NCBI GenBank assembly: GCA_010093705.1
Contig: MU006116.1
Span: forward strand, 161,424-225,423
Direction: 5' to 3'
Origin: Patellaria atrata CBS 101060
Lineage: Eukaryota
Length of the DNA: 64,000 bases
The notes below the pieces were generated by a model, which saw nothing but the letters and a program-made list of their open reading frames with translations, did not search any database and was not told the origin of the DNA. Each line of letters begins with the position of its first letter. Position 1 is the stretch's first letter. The translations under genes were made by a program, and so were the position numbers. This document shows positions 36,529-48,642 of this stretch, piece by piece.

Positions 36529-38156
36529 ATGTCTTGGAAGGCATCTCCAAAGCTGATGGAGATGAGTATGCCATTCTTCATAGTTGCGCCTTAAAGTGAT
36601 ACTGATTTGAATTACAGTATCACACTACAGCCGTTTCCCCGCGACTGGTGTCTCGCTCCGGCAAATGGTACGTCTATCAATCCAGCGCATAAGAAAATTG
36701 CGGTACTAACACTTGTTGAAGGTGCAATTTGGAGGAGGACAAGCTCCATCTACAGGAACACTCTTTCGCGCATCGCAATTCCTTTCTGAGGAGCTACCTA
36801 TTCGACTTGCACATCGGGTGCAAGAACTAGGCGATCTTCCAGACGGCCTAAATGAGATGGCATCGATCAAGAAAGTCAAGGATTGGTATGCACAGTCTTT
36901 TGATGTATGGTAGAAGAACCTCCACTTATTCCAAACCCGAACTGTAGCTAACCCCCCACTCAACAGGAATTGACGAGTCTCCCCAAACCAGTGCTATCGC
37001 AGGAAGTCAAAGATCGCTTACTCAAACCGGCCGCTCGAAGCGGGACGACATCGCAAATCCTAAGCCAAACCACACACAATCCTAGCGTACGGAAAGGTCA
37101 GTACAAGTCTGCACCAGATAAAAAAGGCATTGAGAATGGGGTGGAGAGGAATAATCCAAGCTCAAGTAGAAGATATTATGCATCTGCAGATGACGGGATG
37201 GAATGGCCTCCGGAGTTGAATAATTACAACCTAAAGTTTGCCGAGACACTAGAAAAGATAAAAAGAAGACACGATGGTGTTGTGACAACAGTTGGTATGT
37301 GATCCAGTTCTCGTCGAACCGGGTAAGTTTTGTGTTCGCTAATAATCTATCTGTATAAAGCCCAGGGTATACTTGAGTACAAGCGAAAACGTCAAAGGAT
37401 GCAAATAGATCACAATATCCAAGCATTTCTCGATCGGTTTTACATGTCGCGTATTGGAATACGTATGTTGATTGGGCAGCATATTGCCCTTACTGAACAG
37501 CGGCAGCGTCCTGATCCCAATTACGTCGGCATAATATGTACCAAAACAAACGTTCGAGAATTAGCATTGGAAGCTATCGATAATGCACGATTCGTCTGCG
37601 AAGATCACTACGGACTTTTCGACGCTCCAAAAATTCAATTGGTTTGCAGTCCCGATATTCACTTCATGTATGTTCCAGGACATTTGAGTCATATGTTGTT
37701 TGAGACCCTCAAAAATTCGTTACGCGCTGTTGTGGAAAGATACGGACAAGACAAGGAGGAATTTCCGGTAACGAAGGTTGTCGTTGCAGAGGGAAAGGAG
37801 GATATCACGATAAAGATTAGCGATGAAGGTGGAGGGATACCGAGAAGTGCTATTCCACTCGTTTGGACGTACATGTATACCACTGTGGACCAGACCCCTA
37901 GCTTGGATCCCGACTTTGACAAAAGCGACTTCAAAGCACCGATGGCTGGTTTCGGGTATGGGCTGCCGATCAGTCGCCTGTACGCCAGATATTTCGGTGG
38001 AGATCTGAAACTGATCAGCATGGAGGGGTATGGGGCCTTTTCCTCTTTTTGAGCTCTTCCCGTATGAATTCATAGCTAACAAGTGCATACAGTTACGGCA
38101 CAGATGTATATCTCCATCTCAATCGGCTGTCCTCGTCCTCAGAGCCGTTGCAATGA
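36529..38156 (+). CDS. Mitochondrial pyruvate dehydrogenase kinase (PDK/BCKDK family)
   Basis: Six exons. FPATGVSLRQMVQFG, EELPIRLAHRV, FLDRFYMSRIGIRMLIGQH, FETLKNSLRA, ISDEGGGI, MAGFGYGLPISRLYARYFGG, C-terminal GYGTDVYLHLNRLSSSSEPLQ*. Confidence 0.96.
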
Positions 38157-38716
38157 CAACGACCAGTCACGAGAGGCGAGTGGGGACAGCCTCGAGGAAT
38201 GACGCAAACTCGTACGTTGCAGGGCATGAGAATGGCCTCGCGGGCCATGCGACTGAAACAGACAGGGCAGTGGGAGGTTAGTGAGAGGAGGCAGGTTGGA
38301 GATGCAGAGGAGATGGTGCATGATCCCTGGTGGAGAAATGTCAGTATGGAGGAGGGAATGTAGGATAGGATATGCAAAAGCGAAATTGGGAGCCTTGGAA
38401 ACCTTTGTTGTGTGGATAGCGCATCGATCGATATTTCTGTGTATATTTGTTGAAGGTGAAAACCAGGGAGGTGACTGTCGGTTAATGTTGTATGGGCGGT
38501 CATGTCGAGAGGTTGATGTCAAGTTTCTGTATATACGAGTGAGTCCAGTATCATTTGAAAAGTACTATATGACATACAATAAGAGGTAATATAGCTCTAT
38601 TGGGTATCATGTCAAAATCATCTCTCATGCGTCCTTGAAGCCTTAAGCGTCCGTCAACACACTTATCCAGTCACTCCGACCATCATTATTCCCAACCTTC
38701 AATAGCTCTCCTAGTC

Positions 38717-39216
38717 TTATACCTTTTTCTTGCCGTCGCCGCTTCCACCTCCAGCCCCACTCCCACTTCCCGTCGCAACCCCCATCCCGGATTTACGACT
38801 CTCCTTGGGTCCGGCCACTCTTAACTCATCTTCCTCATCGGGTCGCCATTCCTCAATCAAACCCAAGTCCTCTTCTGGCTCAGGCATTCCAGCCAGTATC
38901 CGCTCAAAGTGGAGACGAGTTTGGGGGATGCTCTATTACCATTCCGTCACACAACAAGCATGAGCGAAGCGTATAATGAAGACGTTGGAATGGACATGGC
39001 GAGGGAATGAGGGCATTGATAGGGGTTGTGGGAAAGGAAGCATACCTCATTTCGCACGCTCGCCCACCAGACCAGCATCTCGTTGGACTCGAGGAACCGC
39101 GCTGCTTCGTAGCGTCGGTGTTGTTCGTTGAAGGTGTCGGTATTTTTGGAGGTGGGACGAGCGCGGGGAGGGGTTGTGGACGATGGTTGAGGAGGAGACG
39201 GTGGCGGTGGAGGCAT
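38717..39216 (-). CDS. Small uncharacterised protein (about 130 aa)
   Basis: ATG 39216; phase-0 intron GTATGC...TAATAG joins ...AARFLESNEMLVWWASVRNE to SIPQTRLHFERILAG...GKKKV*. Convergent with PDK. Confidence 0.65.
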
Positions 39217-40089
39217 CACTCTTTGGGGTTTGAGGGTGGGGATTGTGGAGATGGAGGGTTAAGAAGGGGGCTCGCGTAGAAGTAGAAGCTTCAGAACGCA
39301 TTCATCGTCGAGAGAGGAGGTTCACCAGGTTTGTTTGAATCTATTGGCATCCTAGATTCAGTTAACAATGGAAATTGACGGGAGGTGTACGGTAAGTCAA
39401 GCTAAGTTTCTAGGATTCCAATATTAGTAATCATTCCTCATCCTCACCTTCTCTGGAAGACATGGAAACAGGAGGGAACGACCGCACCACCCACAACAGA
39501 CGAATGTTCAACCGATACGACGGTATATTGGGCCTTGACCGAGGAAACAGAGAAGAGAATGAAGCAACGTAACTCTTAGGCTTGGTCTACGGTGTTTCGA
39601 AACTATATTGCACAAAGATATTATCTGGGTTGCATCGGCTTTCACGCGTCATTTACGGAATGCCATAAGTTACCTTTGCAAAGAGCCGACCAACAGAAGT
39701 TGCCCATGTCTCGGGGAGGAAATGGGTTTCATCGATGATATCCCGAGTAGCAGATGTTGAGGTTGGTGAAAGCCGGATCGTGTGTAGGTGGTATAGTAAT
39801 TGCTCCTTATTGCCGAATGTGGTTTATAAATATAAAGCATTGTGTAGATGTTGTTTTAGCGTTACAACAGTCAGCTGGAGGGATCAGTTCCAAATACTTT
39901 TTGGGCGATTCAATCTGACGGCGGTTTCATGTGTTCGTTGTTCATCGAACACTTCGTTTCAGACAACTTTTCATGCATATTAAGGAGTTGAAACTGAATA
40001 TTATATCATTCAGTTTCCCTACTAGCTATATGCTCGTTTCTGCCCATCGTCATCCTCTCCACGTCCATCTCAAGTTGTTAGACATAACG

Positions 40090-41361
40090 TTCATTCGCCT
40101 ATCTCACTTGAGTCGAGTATAAATGTAGTCCTCAATCTCGTGTTGAAAATTGTTCACAGCCAAGTTGAGCCCAGCGAAGTAACTCTATGAGCTCTGCGTA
40201 CCTTCGCGAACCCCTCCCGTTATCATCACGGACCAAAGCGAGAATCTCCTTGACGAATCCGCCGTATAGAGTCCTCACTTCGATCTGTAGTAGGTGAGGT
40301 GTAGCAGTCAGTAATTGTTCATAGAAAAGCACGGCTGGGTGCTCGATCAAGTCACCGTCCCACCCGAAGTAAGCTTAGGGGTCGGCCAGGGCGGAGGCTC
40401 CAATTGGAGGTAATGGACGAGAATAGAGCGACATCTTACCAATTATTGAAGACACAGGTATTCTGAGCTCTTTGACATGTCCTTTAATCAAACCCTTTTT
40501 TTTAGAAATTAATAGACCATCTAGTAGCTTTCTTAGAGGTCCGTATAATTCTGATAGGGCTGTTACGTGCATGATTCTTTTGCGGCATCACATTCCGTAC
40601 TTACCTCGAGGGAGAATTTTCTATAGCGAAGTTCCTTTTGACTCATCGAATCCAGTTGTTTTGCAAGTACGGCCTTAGCTGGTTGCTTGGTCGGAAAACG
40701 GAATGAGCGGTGTTTCGCAGTGATATCGGCTTTAGGTTTTGCAGCTTTAGCTTTGATGAGGTTGATCTTGCGCTGGTCGTAACCTGGGCCCAGGAAGGTG
40801 AACACATTGCGAACTAATCGGTTGGTGTTAAATACATGCTATCTGAGAGGTGGAGAATGTGTTTATGGTACCATTCTTATCCTTGAAGAGTGCGAACCCA
40901 TCATCGATTTCATTGAGCATCCTTGCATCCTTTTCCGCCTGTCTGCGCTCGAACTCTTCAGGTAGCATGATCACTTCGACAACCTCGTTGAAACAGACTA
41001 CATTCGCCCGGTTTTCCTATTCAAGAAGCCGGTCGATGGAGGTTTTAATAAAGGCCGGCCGAAAATAGTGGATCGAAATGAGGATGGAAAGAGCGAAAGA
41101 GATGATGGATCAGGAGAGACATGCGAGAACCATGGTGAGTGCTGCAATGACTTTTCAAACCGTACTCATGATCAAAACGTAGACCGAAAGAGAAATGAAT
41201 TTGACGAACTAGTAGAAGACGGCAACGATTGTGGTGAGTGCTGCCATAGCTTGTTCAGCCGCACTTACGATCATCTTTGATAGTAAGGGGACAGAGCGAG
41301 TGTAAGGTTGACAATAGCAGGATAAAGTCAAAAGAGAGGTTGGAATAGAAATGGTATTCAT
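40090..41361 (-). pseudogene. Degenerate unknown gene (coding-like segments with stops and intron remnants)
   Basis: Collinear peptide blocks (EFERRQAEKDARMLNEID; FTFLGPGYDQRK...KFSLE followed by GTAAGT; ...ALADP*AYFGWDGDLIEHPAVLFYE...) broken by in-frame stops. Confidence 0.45.
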
Positions 41362-42285
41362 CTTCCATTTGTTTGTTGCCAATGCAACACTCCAGCTAAC
41401 ACAACACGACTTCAAATCCTGAAGCTTTCCCTAAAGATTCGGAATTCCAATTTCGTCTTCGTGAATTAAGAGCATTTTTGTTATACAAAGAAGAAGCTGA
41501 GCTTGATAATGACGTATTTTCTATGAGAATGAATAAGTATTACCGTGTTGAATCCAGCACATACCTTAGGGCTATGATGAATTTTCCTTACTACCCGTTT
41601 AGACTCGAATCTCGAAGCTAGCTTATACTGTAAACAAAATAAAGAGGAGTCTCGGGTACAGAAACTTAGACAAGGAATACCGATAATCCTTGGTGGCTCC
41701 TCAAAAGGAGAGTCGGCTCACCGTCCACGCTCAAAAAGTGCTCAGGGCCTCCAGCTATAGGGTTTGCTCTGTTAGATTCGCAACATCCATTAGCGACAGG
41801 GCAATTAGGGGAATCGGGATGAGGGGACGCTAGAACGACACGCGACCTTAAGTTCACCCCTAGTCATCTCGTCAAAATACTAAGATACTGATAACCTGGA
41901 AGAATGCGTGACCCCTTGAAGCATAACCGCATGTGCGGAATGGATTTATCGGAAGTAGTGGAGGCTAGCACTGTAGTAAAACTAGGTGCTCACTAACTCA
42001 GGCGCAATTACGTGGGAAGAAGCGGAACGAGCACGCTATTGCCGGACCTCATGGATCGACAATTTGTAGGGCTTTGTCCTAGAGAGCATGACTCGAACAT
42101 GCTCATGAGCATAATGATTGCTTTTCTTGAGTTACATACAGAACATATCGCTTTCCATTGGTATCATACGTAGTTTACAGAATTCGCCAGTCACAACTGT
42201 AATATCATGAGACAAATAGGCCGCCCATTTTTCCTCTATAAAACCCATATCAGATAAATGGAACCATTACAACGATATCATCATC

Positions 42286-44018
42286 TCATCGTCCAAGAAC
42301 CAAACCTTTCCTGCTCTCCGTCTCGCTGTCACTCTCTCCTCTGTCCCTCCTGGACCCGCTGACCGGGTTTGTTGGACCGTATGCGGGTTCCACGATCTGC
42401 TTCGTTACGGTCACCACGCGGATCTGACCGTCGGCTACTGGAACACTGCTTCCATTTGCGCCGACGCTTGAGCTTTCGGATGCCCTGCGTGCATAATCTG
42501 GTGACGGTCTGTCGATAGCTTCGACATATGTCTTAACCGTCTCTGGCATGGGCGATGGACGCGCGGAAGGAATGAGTGAGCCGAGAGAAAAGCCCCCGTT
42601 GGCGGATTTTTGCCTACCATGAGCATTCAATGGATGAAGCGGTAAGGAATTGATGTTTTTCGCATTGCTGGTAGTCGTCGGCGTCGACCTTGTAGATTCA
42701 ACGTCGTACACCCCCCCCTCAAGCGCTTTATCGGATGAATCGGAGAGTGTATCAAACTTGCCCATATCACCATTCTTGGTGCCAAGGCTACCCATACCGT
42801 AATGAGGCCTTCTATTAGAAGAAGAGCCGTAGTTGTCATTTCTGATGCCTCCCGTCTGCCCAGATCGGGATGGGAAAGCATTCGGAAAGAATTTGGTGAG
42901 CAGTGCACGGAGAGTGGGAAGAGAAGCGCAAATGATGCCAACGTTTAGTTCCACGCAAGACCAGATAGCCGTACCAGGGTTGTCCCAAGTTATGTCTTTG
43001 GATATCGTGACGATATAAAGAGCATGCAATCGGAGAATAGATGTGATACCAGCGCTGCTCAAGCGGTTAGCGATACTTTTTCATGGATATTAGCTTGGAA
43101 CGCAGCACTTACAAGCCACCAAGTGCCAAAATCAGGATCAGACTGATCTTCTGCCGCTTTGGTAACATCAAGCCGCGAAGCACAAATATTGGGAGCAGGA
43201 TTAAGGAGAAATCCGTGACGATATTAATTCCTGCATTCAAGAACCATAGCAGGGGTTTGTTCAGACACTTCCCTTCACCCCGCTCATCCCAGAAGTACTG
43301 TACCGGAATGCAGTTAAAGATTGCCGAAAGAACTGTCCAGAAGCCGTAGAAGACAATGATACCTACGAAGATCCAGCAGGCACGACGAACGGGTTTCGAG
43401 ACACATATGCGAAGATACTGCATAAGCACACTGAGCTTGATAGTTGTGAGGGAGATGTTATAGGTCAAGATGCTTGCAAACAGTGCCTAGGTTCTCGAAT
43501 TAGCGCTGAAAACCCGCCATCGGCCAGGATAGCATTGACAGATGTCAAAACGAGGCAACGAAAACCCCAGGACGAACCTTTAGTGAGCCCATACCTTGCT
43601 CCAGAGTAAGAGTGGCCACGTGACGGCCCATGCCGTAATGTACTTCTTGCAGGGTGTTACCAAGTGAACGCAACATAGGGTGCCAGGAGTGAAGATGCCT
43701 TACGGTAGCACATGCAAATTGACGTAGCAATTGCAAATATCTGAGTTTACTGTTAGGTCCTGCTTGATAGGATATCTCAAAAGAACGTTTCGAAGACTGA
43801 GCGGCGAGCAAACTGTATGATGGACTACGTACCCAAGCAATTCCCATAAACCAGTCATCGATCGCAATATTGTGAATGATGCGCAATCGGGTATAGAATC
43901 TCATTATAATGACCATGGTCGCCAGAATAGGCAAGGAAATGACAACGCCTAGAACCTGCCATCCTTTGTTGTCATGTAGGCCTGGTGTATCAGCTGCGGG
44001 AGGAGGTGGTGCCGACAT
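42286..44018 (-). CDS. PTH11-like integral membrane protein (fungal rhodopsin-domain GPCR-like, no CFEM)
   Basis: MRFYTR...IDDWF, YGMGRH, TTIKLSVLMQYLRI, FNCIPVQYFWD...GKC, NIVTDF...LPI, SILRL, WSCVELNVGIICASLPTLRAL. Four introns reconstructed; long Ser-rich C-tail. Confidence 0.92.
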
Positions 44019-44060
44019 TTTTTCTTTCACTGACTGTTGAGAGATGGACAGAAGGATGGG

Positions 44061-44071
<11 letters not shown>

Positions 44072-44091
<20 letters not shown>

Positions 44092-44100
44092 AGAAGAGAG
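44072..44100. repeat. (AG)n microsatellite / CT-rich 5' leader of the PTH11-like gene
   Basis: Direct inspection: about 11 AG units. Confidence 0.85.
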
Positions 44101-45415
44101 ATACTTGGCTGTTGAAAGAAAGGGTTTCACATGTAAGGTACAGGTTGGAGAGTGGACAAGAAATAGGGCCTTCGAAGTGCCAGGCAAAACGGATAGCAGT
44201 TTCTTATGAAGGCATCCTTATGAGAGACTTGGTAAACGTTTATACGGTATGGCTATCTCCTGAGGTTGGCTAAATAATACTGCATAACTGTTGATAGTGT
44301 GGTTGGAATATGGCGAACGCGAGAAGCTTTGGCCTTCGCCGATGTAATTCGCACCGGGAAACCTGGGTCTTGGCTGCATCCAAGCTTGATTTATGCAAAA
44401 AGGTTCAGGGGTGTGGAAAGTCGAGACTGATCAATAGGGTTAAAAGGAGAGTGTTAAGGTACAGGCACAGCGTAGTAGTAAGATGGTGGAACTAGTACCT
44501 TAGTGCCAAGTGGAGTTGAAGTCCAAGGGCTTTCCTTCCTTTATTACCGCATCAGGCTTTGAAACTGTTAAACATGTACGCAAAAGGCATAGTTTTAACA
44601 TACCATAGCGTAAGAGGTAAGGCCAGGGAGTTTGATAACGCCAGAACGCCAAAGTGCGGGGGATCAGGCGGAGGGAAGTGGTCCGGGACCAGTTAGCCAG
44701 TAGAGAGTGATGTTATTGATTAGCCTTGACGCGTTAGTAAAAGAGTAGCGAAAATACAGCTAGTAATAGTCAAGAGAGAGATGAGAGATCAACCTTGGGT
44801 TCCTGGGATTAACAGAAGTACAGATGGGAGGGACAATGGGGGAGTACTTACAGTACAGTACACATAGACTGCTCGCTGTCGTGACATGTACCTTACCAAT
44901 AGTACAGAGTTCCTGAACTGCTTTTCTGATCTCTTTCTCCTTTTCGCGTCCAAGCCGTTTCTCCATCAATGCGGGCTACTTTCAAAGGTATTTCCTAACA
45001 CCATTGAGGTGGCTGACAGTACTGCATCTCTACTGTAAATCCCATCGATGAAGCAATATCTGTTCCGCCGCCACGATGCCTGAATGCACTTTGGCGACTT
45101 TACTACTGAGATAGTAGATCCATGCTAGCTCACTCAACCGACTGGGAAAACGGAATTTATGCTGTTTCACATGCATTTGGACCCTGCAAGTCTTGTCAAA
45201 AGGTAACTTTCTCCGAAACCTGATGAGGATCATGAGGTGCTGTCATGTTCCTCATACTTCTTTTTCGCACGTGTCGGCGCCCGGCATACTGGTATAGAAA
45301 TGGTAGCTAATACTTCACCGAAAGATCCTCAAGCTCAGACACTACTACGGTACTAACCACGTCTCGGTCTAAATAATACTAAGGGCCTAGGCTGTTAGCT
45401 TCGCTCAGTCATCTG

Positions 45416-45474
45416 TAATAATAACAATGATAATAACAATGATAATAACAATGATAATAACAATGATAATAATA
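45416..45474. repeat. 12-bp minisatellite (ATAACAATGATA)x4
   Basis: Four perfect tandem copies at 45421-45468. Confidence 0.9.
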
Positions 45475-48400
45475 AATCAACCTACAGTCTTACAGATGTC
45501 GTCACCTGAAAAGTGTGAAGCTAGCATGAGTCGAAATTTCCAAAATTCATCGCCGATGGAAGGCTTGCTGCTAAAGCTTATTGTTGCAAGACCGTTATAA
45601 CTTTCGCGATTCATCCGATGATGTAGTTAGCCGTCGAATTGCTTGTCCTCCGATGATCTTGTGTCTCAATGAATTCCTACGGCCTGACTGGATGGGGTTG
45701 ATGTCCTGTAAAAGTGTAAAATTTTTTCGGCCTTCAGGCGTGCTGTAGTTCTAGTAGTGGGCTTGTTTCGGTTAGGATTACCTTCACGATTGACATCATA
45801 TTCGAACGGCGGTAAGTTAGGGCTAAACGAAGATTATTAGCCGTAAGGAAATCAATGAAAGAAAATACAGGTAGCAGTATAGACCACAAAGGGGAAATGA
45901 GATATCACATTGAATGAAGATGTATTCCCGAAGAAAAAGCTCGAAGACTGTCGTGACAGATGGTTGTGCTTAATAGGAATTACACCAGCGCATGTACTAC
46001 TCTCTACAGTACCAGATCTCTCAAAAAGGTTGAAGGAGATATTTTCAAATTAATATTGTACTTGTAAATCTGTACCCGGTAAACTTCCAACCTGTAAATC
46101 CCATGGATACCCCGGAGACAGCAGACCTTTGGTAAGGTATGCCTGCAGCTGCCTAGCATGCGCCAAAGACCTCAATCTTGAGATTCAGAAGGGCCATAAA
46201 AGTATATTTCCATGCCATGAATACGGTAGTGACTTGTACCTGCATACCCCACGCACACCTGTCTTTGTGATGCAAAGCTGATGGGATCATGGGAGCTCTC
46301 TCAAACTTTCTGAACTGACCTTGGATCTATCAAACCAGACAGAGACACCATGATCGCCAGCGGAGAACAGTTGAGATTTTGACAATCAACCGTGTATGCC
46401 TGATTGGTGGAAGAAGAATAGGTAAGGTAAGGAGAACCTTATACTGTAGTCCCATCTAAAATAGTGAAACGGGTTTCGCACGGATAGTCGGCTACAGTGA
46501 TACTAAGATTTAGTTAGCTGCAATAATCATGAGGCTTGTATGCTATCAAGCAGGGACTATCAAATTCGAGCTTTGGATATGCAACCTATTGGCCGTTTGT
46601 AGAATAACTCCACAAGACGGCGAGAACGCCAGGCCATTAATTATTAGTTTCAGGTGAGGTGAGAGGTTCTGGCGTAGAATGTGGAAGAGACTAAAAAGAG
46701 AATAGTCATTTGAGTAGTCCAGAAGATGTTAGCTGACAATCTTTGAGTTCAGCTGTTCGTAGGGCTGTTTGACAGTATGAAGGTCCATTTGTCGAATCCA
46801 ATAATGAGAGCGGCCGGTGTGCATTCGCAGTTTCTCCTCCCCATCCATATCTACTGTACTTAGAAGAGTGATCTCACCGATACCACCTACCCAGTTTCGC
46901 TTGAGCACTTCCAGTAATGTACAAGTTGGACCACGGTAACTCGTTTTGCCTGTATCTTATCTCGTACCAAGCGAACACAGGAACTCTCAATTGCGAGAGA
47001 TGATATAGCAACCCTCTATGCTCATAAGAGAGAGCCGTTACTGCGAGACTAACGCGATTCTCCTTGCTTCACGATCTGTAGAGGTTCTCCTTCTCAAGCT
47101 TCCATCTCGTTCAAGTCCTTTTCCGTTTTATCTGGACGCTACGGGTAATATTAGAAGGCGAATAATTACTCTTTCGGCCTCAAATACACAGAGAAAACCG
47201 TGAGACTATATCTGGAGGTGGATACCTATAAAAGTGAGGGTGGAACCCGCATGATGGATATAGGAAGAATACTTACTGCTTATTACCACGACATAATGAG
47301 TTACTTGTCGCCTCAAAGCTACCGATAATTCATGATTGGAACGTTTCTAACGGCACATGATACATATTCATTCCAACTAGGAGAGGGAGACTTCGAATAA
47401 GGCCGATGTTTTGCTTGAAAGGGTCGCTTTTGCGAAATACCATGTGCGTATCAAGGCTCTGCCAGCCGAACACCACTGTAAACACTACAGCTTGTCTGTT
47501 TCAACCTGATCACACGGCAATGACTTCACAGCCCAACCGGCGGCAGAACCGAGGAAGCCATCTTCGCCTTTCAACATATTTCCGGAACTGAGCGACACTC
47601 GAGTTCACCCTCTCCTTTTCGGAAGTTGATATATTCTCTGGGAAAAGCATGGTGAGGACCTCAGTGGCAGATGCAGTGGTCAAAGCTGCTGTTGCAGGAT
47701 ATGATTCGAATGTGACATGGTAGATACTGATGTCCTCCGCGAGGCTCTAGGAATATTGTTGAAATGGTTTATATTGACTGTTCACCCAATGTCAGTGAGT
47801 GAAATATCGGATAGAAATTCCTCGATAAAGCTTACCCAGAATTCATAAACTCAAGATGGTCGCCTTTTTCTTCCCGATCGACCAAGAAGACGAGAGATTT
47901 CTCATCTTCCACCTTAAGACCCCAATACATCCGTTGAGCCCCATTCTGAGCGATTATGGTAGATAATACATCCTCCTAAACATGCCCGGCTACGTTGTTC
48001 GTATTACCAACATCCAAGCCGGATTTTAGGGAATATATACTGAACCATCCAAGTGTGGGGTTCTGATGAAAGTGATGAAGAAGTCATAGCAATGCTTGCC
48101 TACTTCTATCGAGGACGGGGAAAGCTTCGGTTGAACCCGAGATCTACTCATAAACAACAACGAGGAAAGCGGACACAAAAGAAAAGAATATTCTCCAGGA
48201 TATCACCGAGGACTTTTGGCGAGTGAAGATAACTAGAACTACGTCTGGTTAAAGTCCTTTCGCCGTTTTCCCCTTACTGTATTCTTGTACTTCGTGAGTT
48301 GGCGCGAAACCCTCCGAGTTCTTTTGAGTGGAAAGAGTTCTTATACAGTCACATACACGTACATATGTCAACCTAAATTCATTTGCAAATGGTAAGATGT

Positions 48401-48642
48401 CTGAGTAAAAGAAGAACCACTGATAGACTATTTCAAGCGCTGAAACACGTTGGTGGCTGAGTCAATGGAGTAATCTGATTTCATACGTATGACAGCACGG
48501 CAGGCTTGTGTCTCAAAAGGAGAGACCCTCCGCACTTCGCTCTACCATAGACTGATAATGAGCAAGAGAATCAAATCCCCAATGATTCCTCATCAAGATC
48601 CATTGTCTGCTCGACTCTGATACCGATAGATTGAGGCATGCC

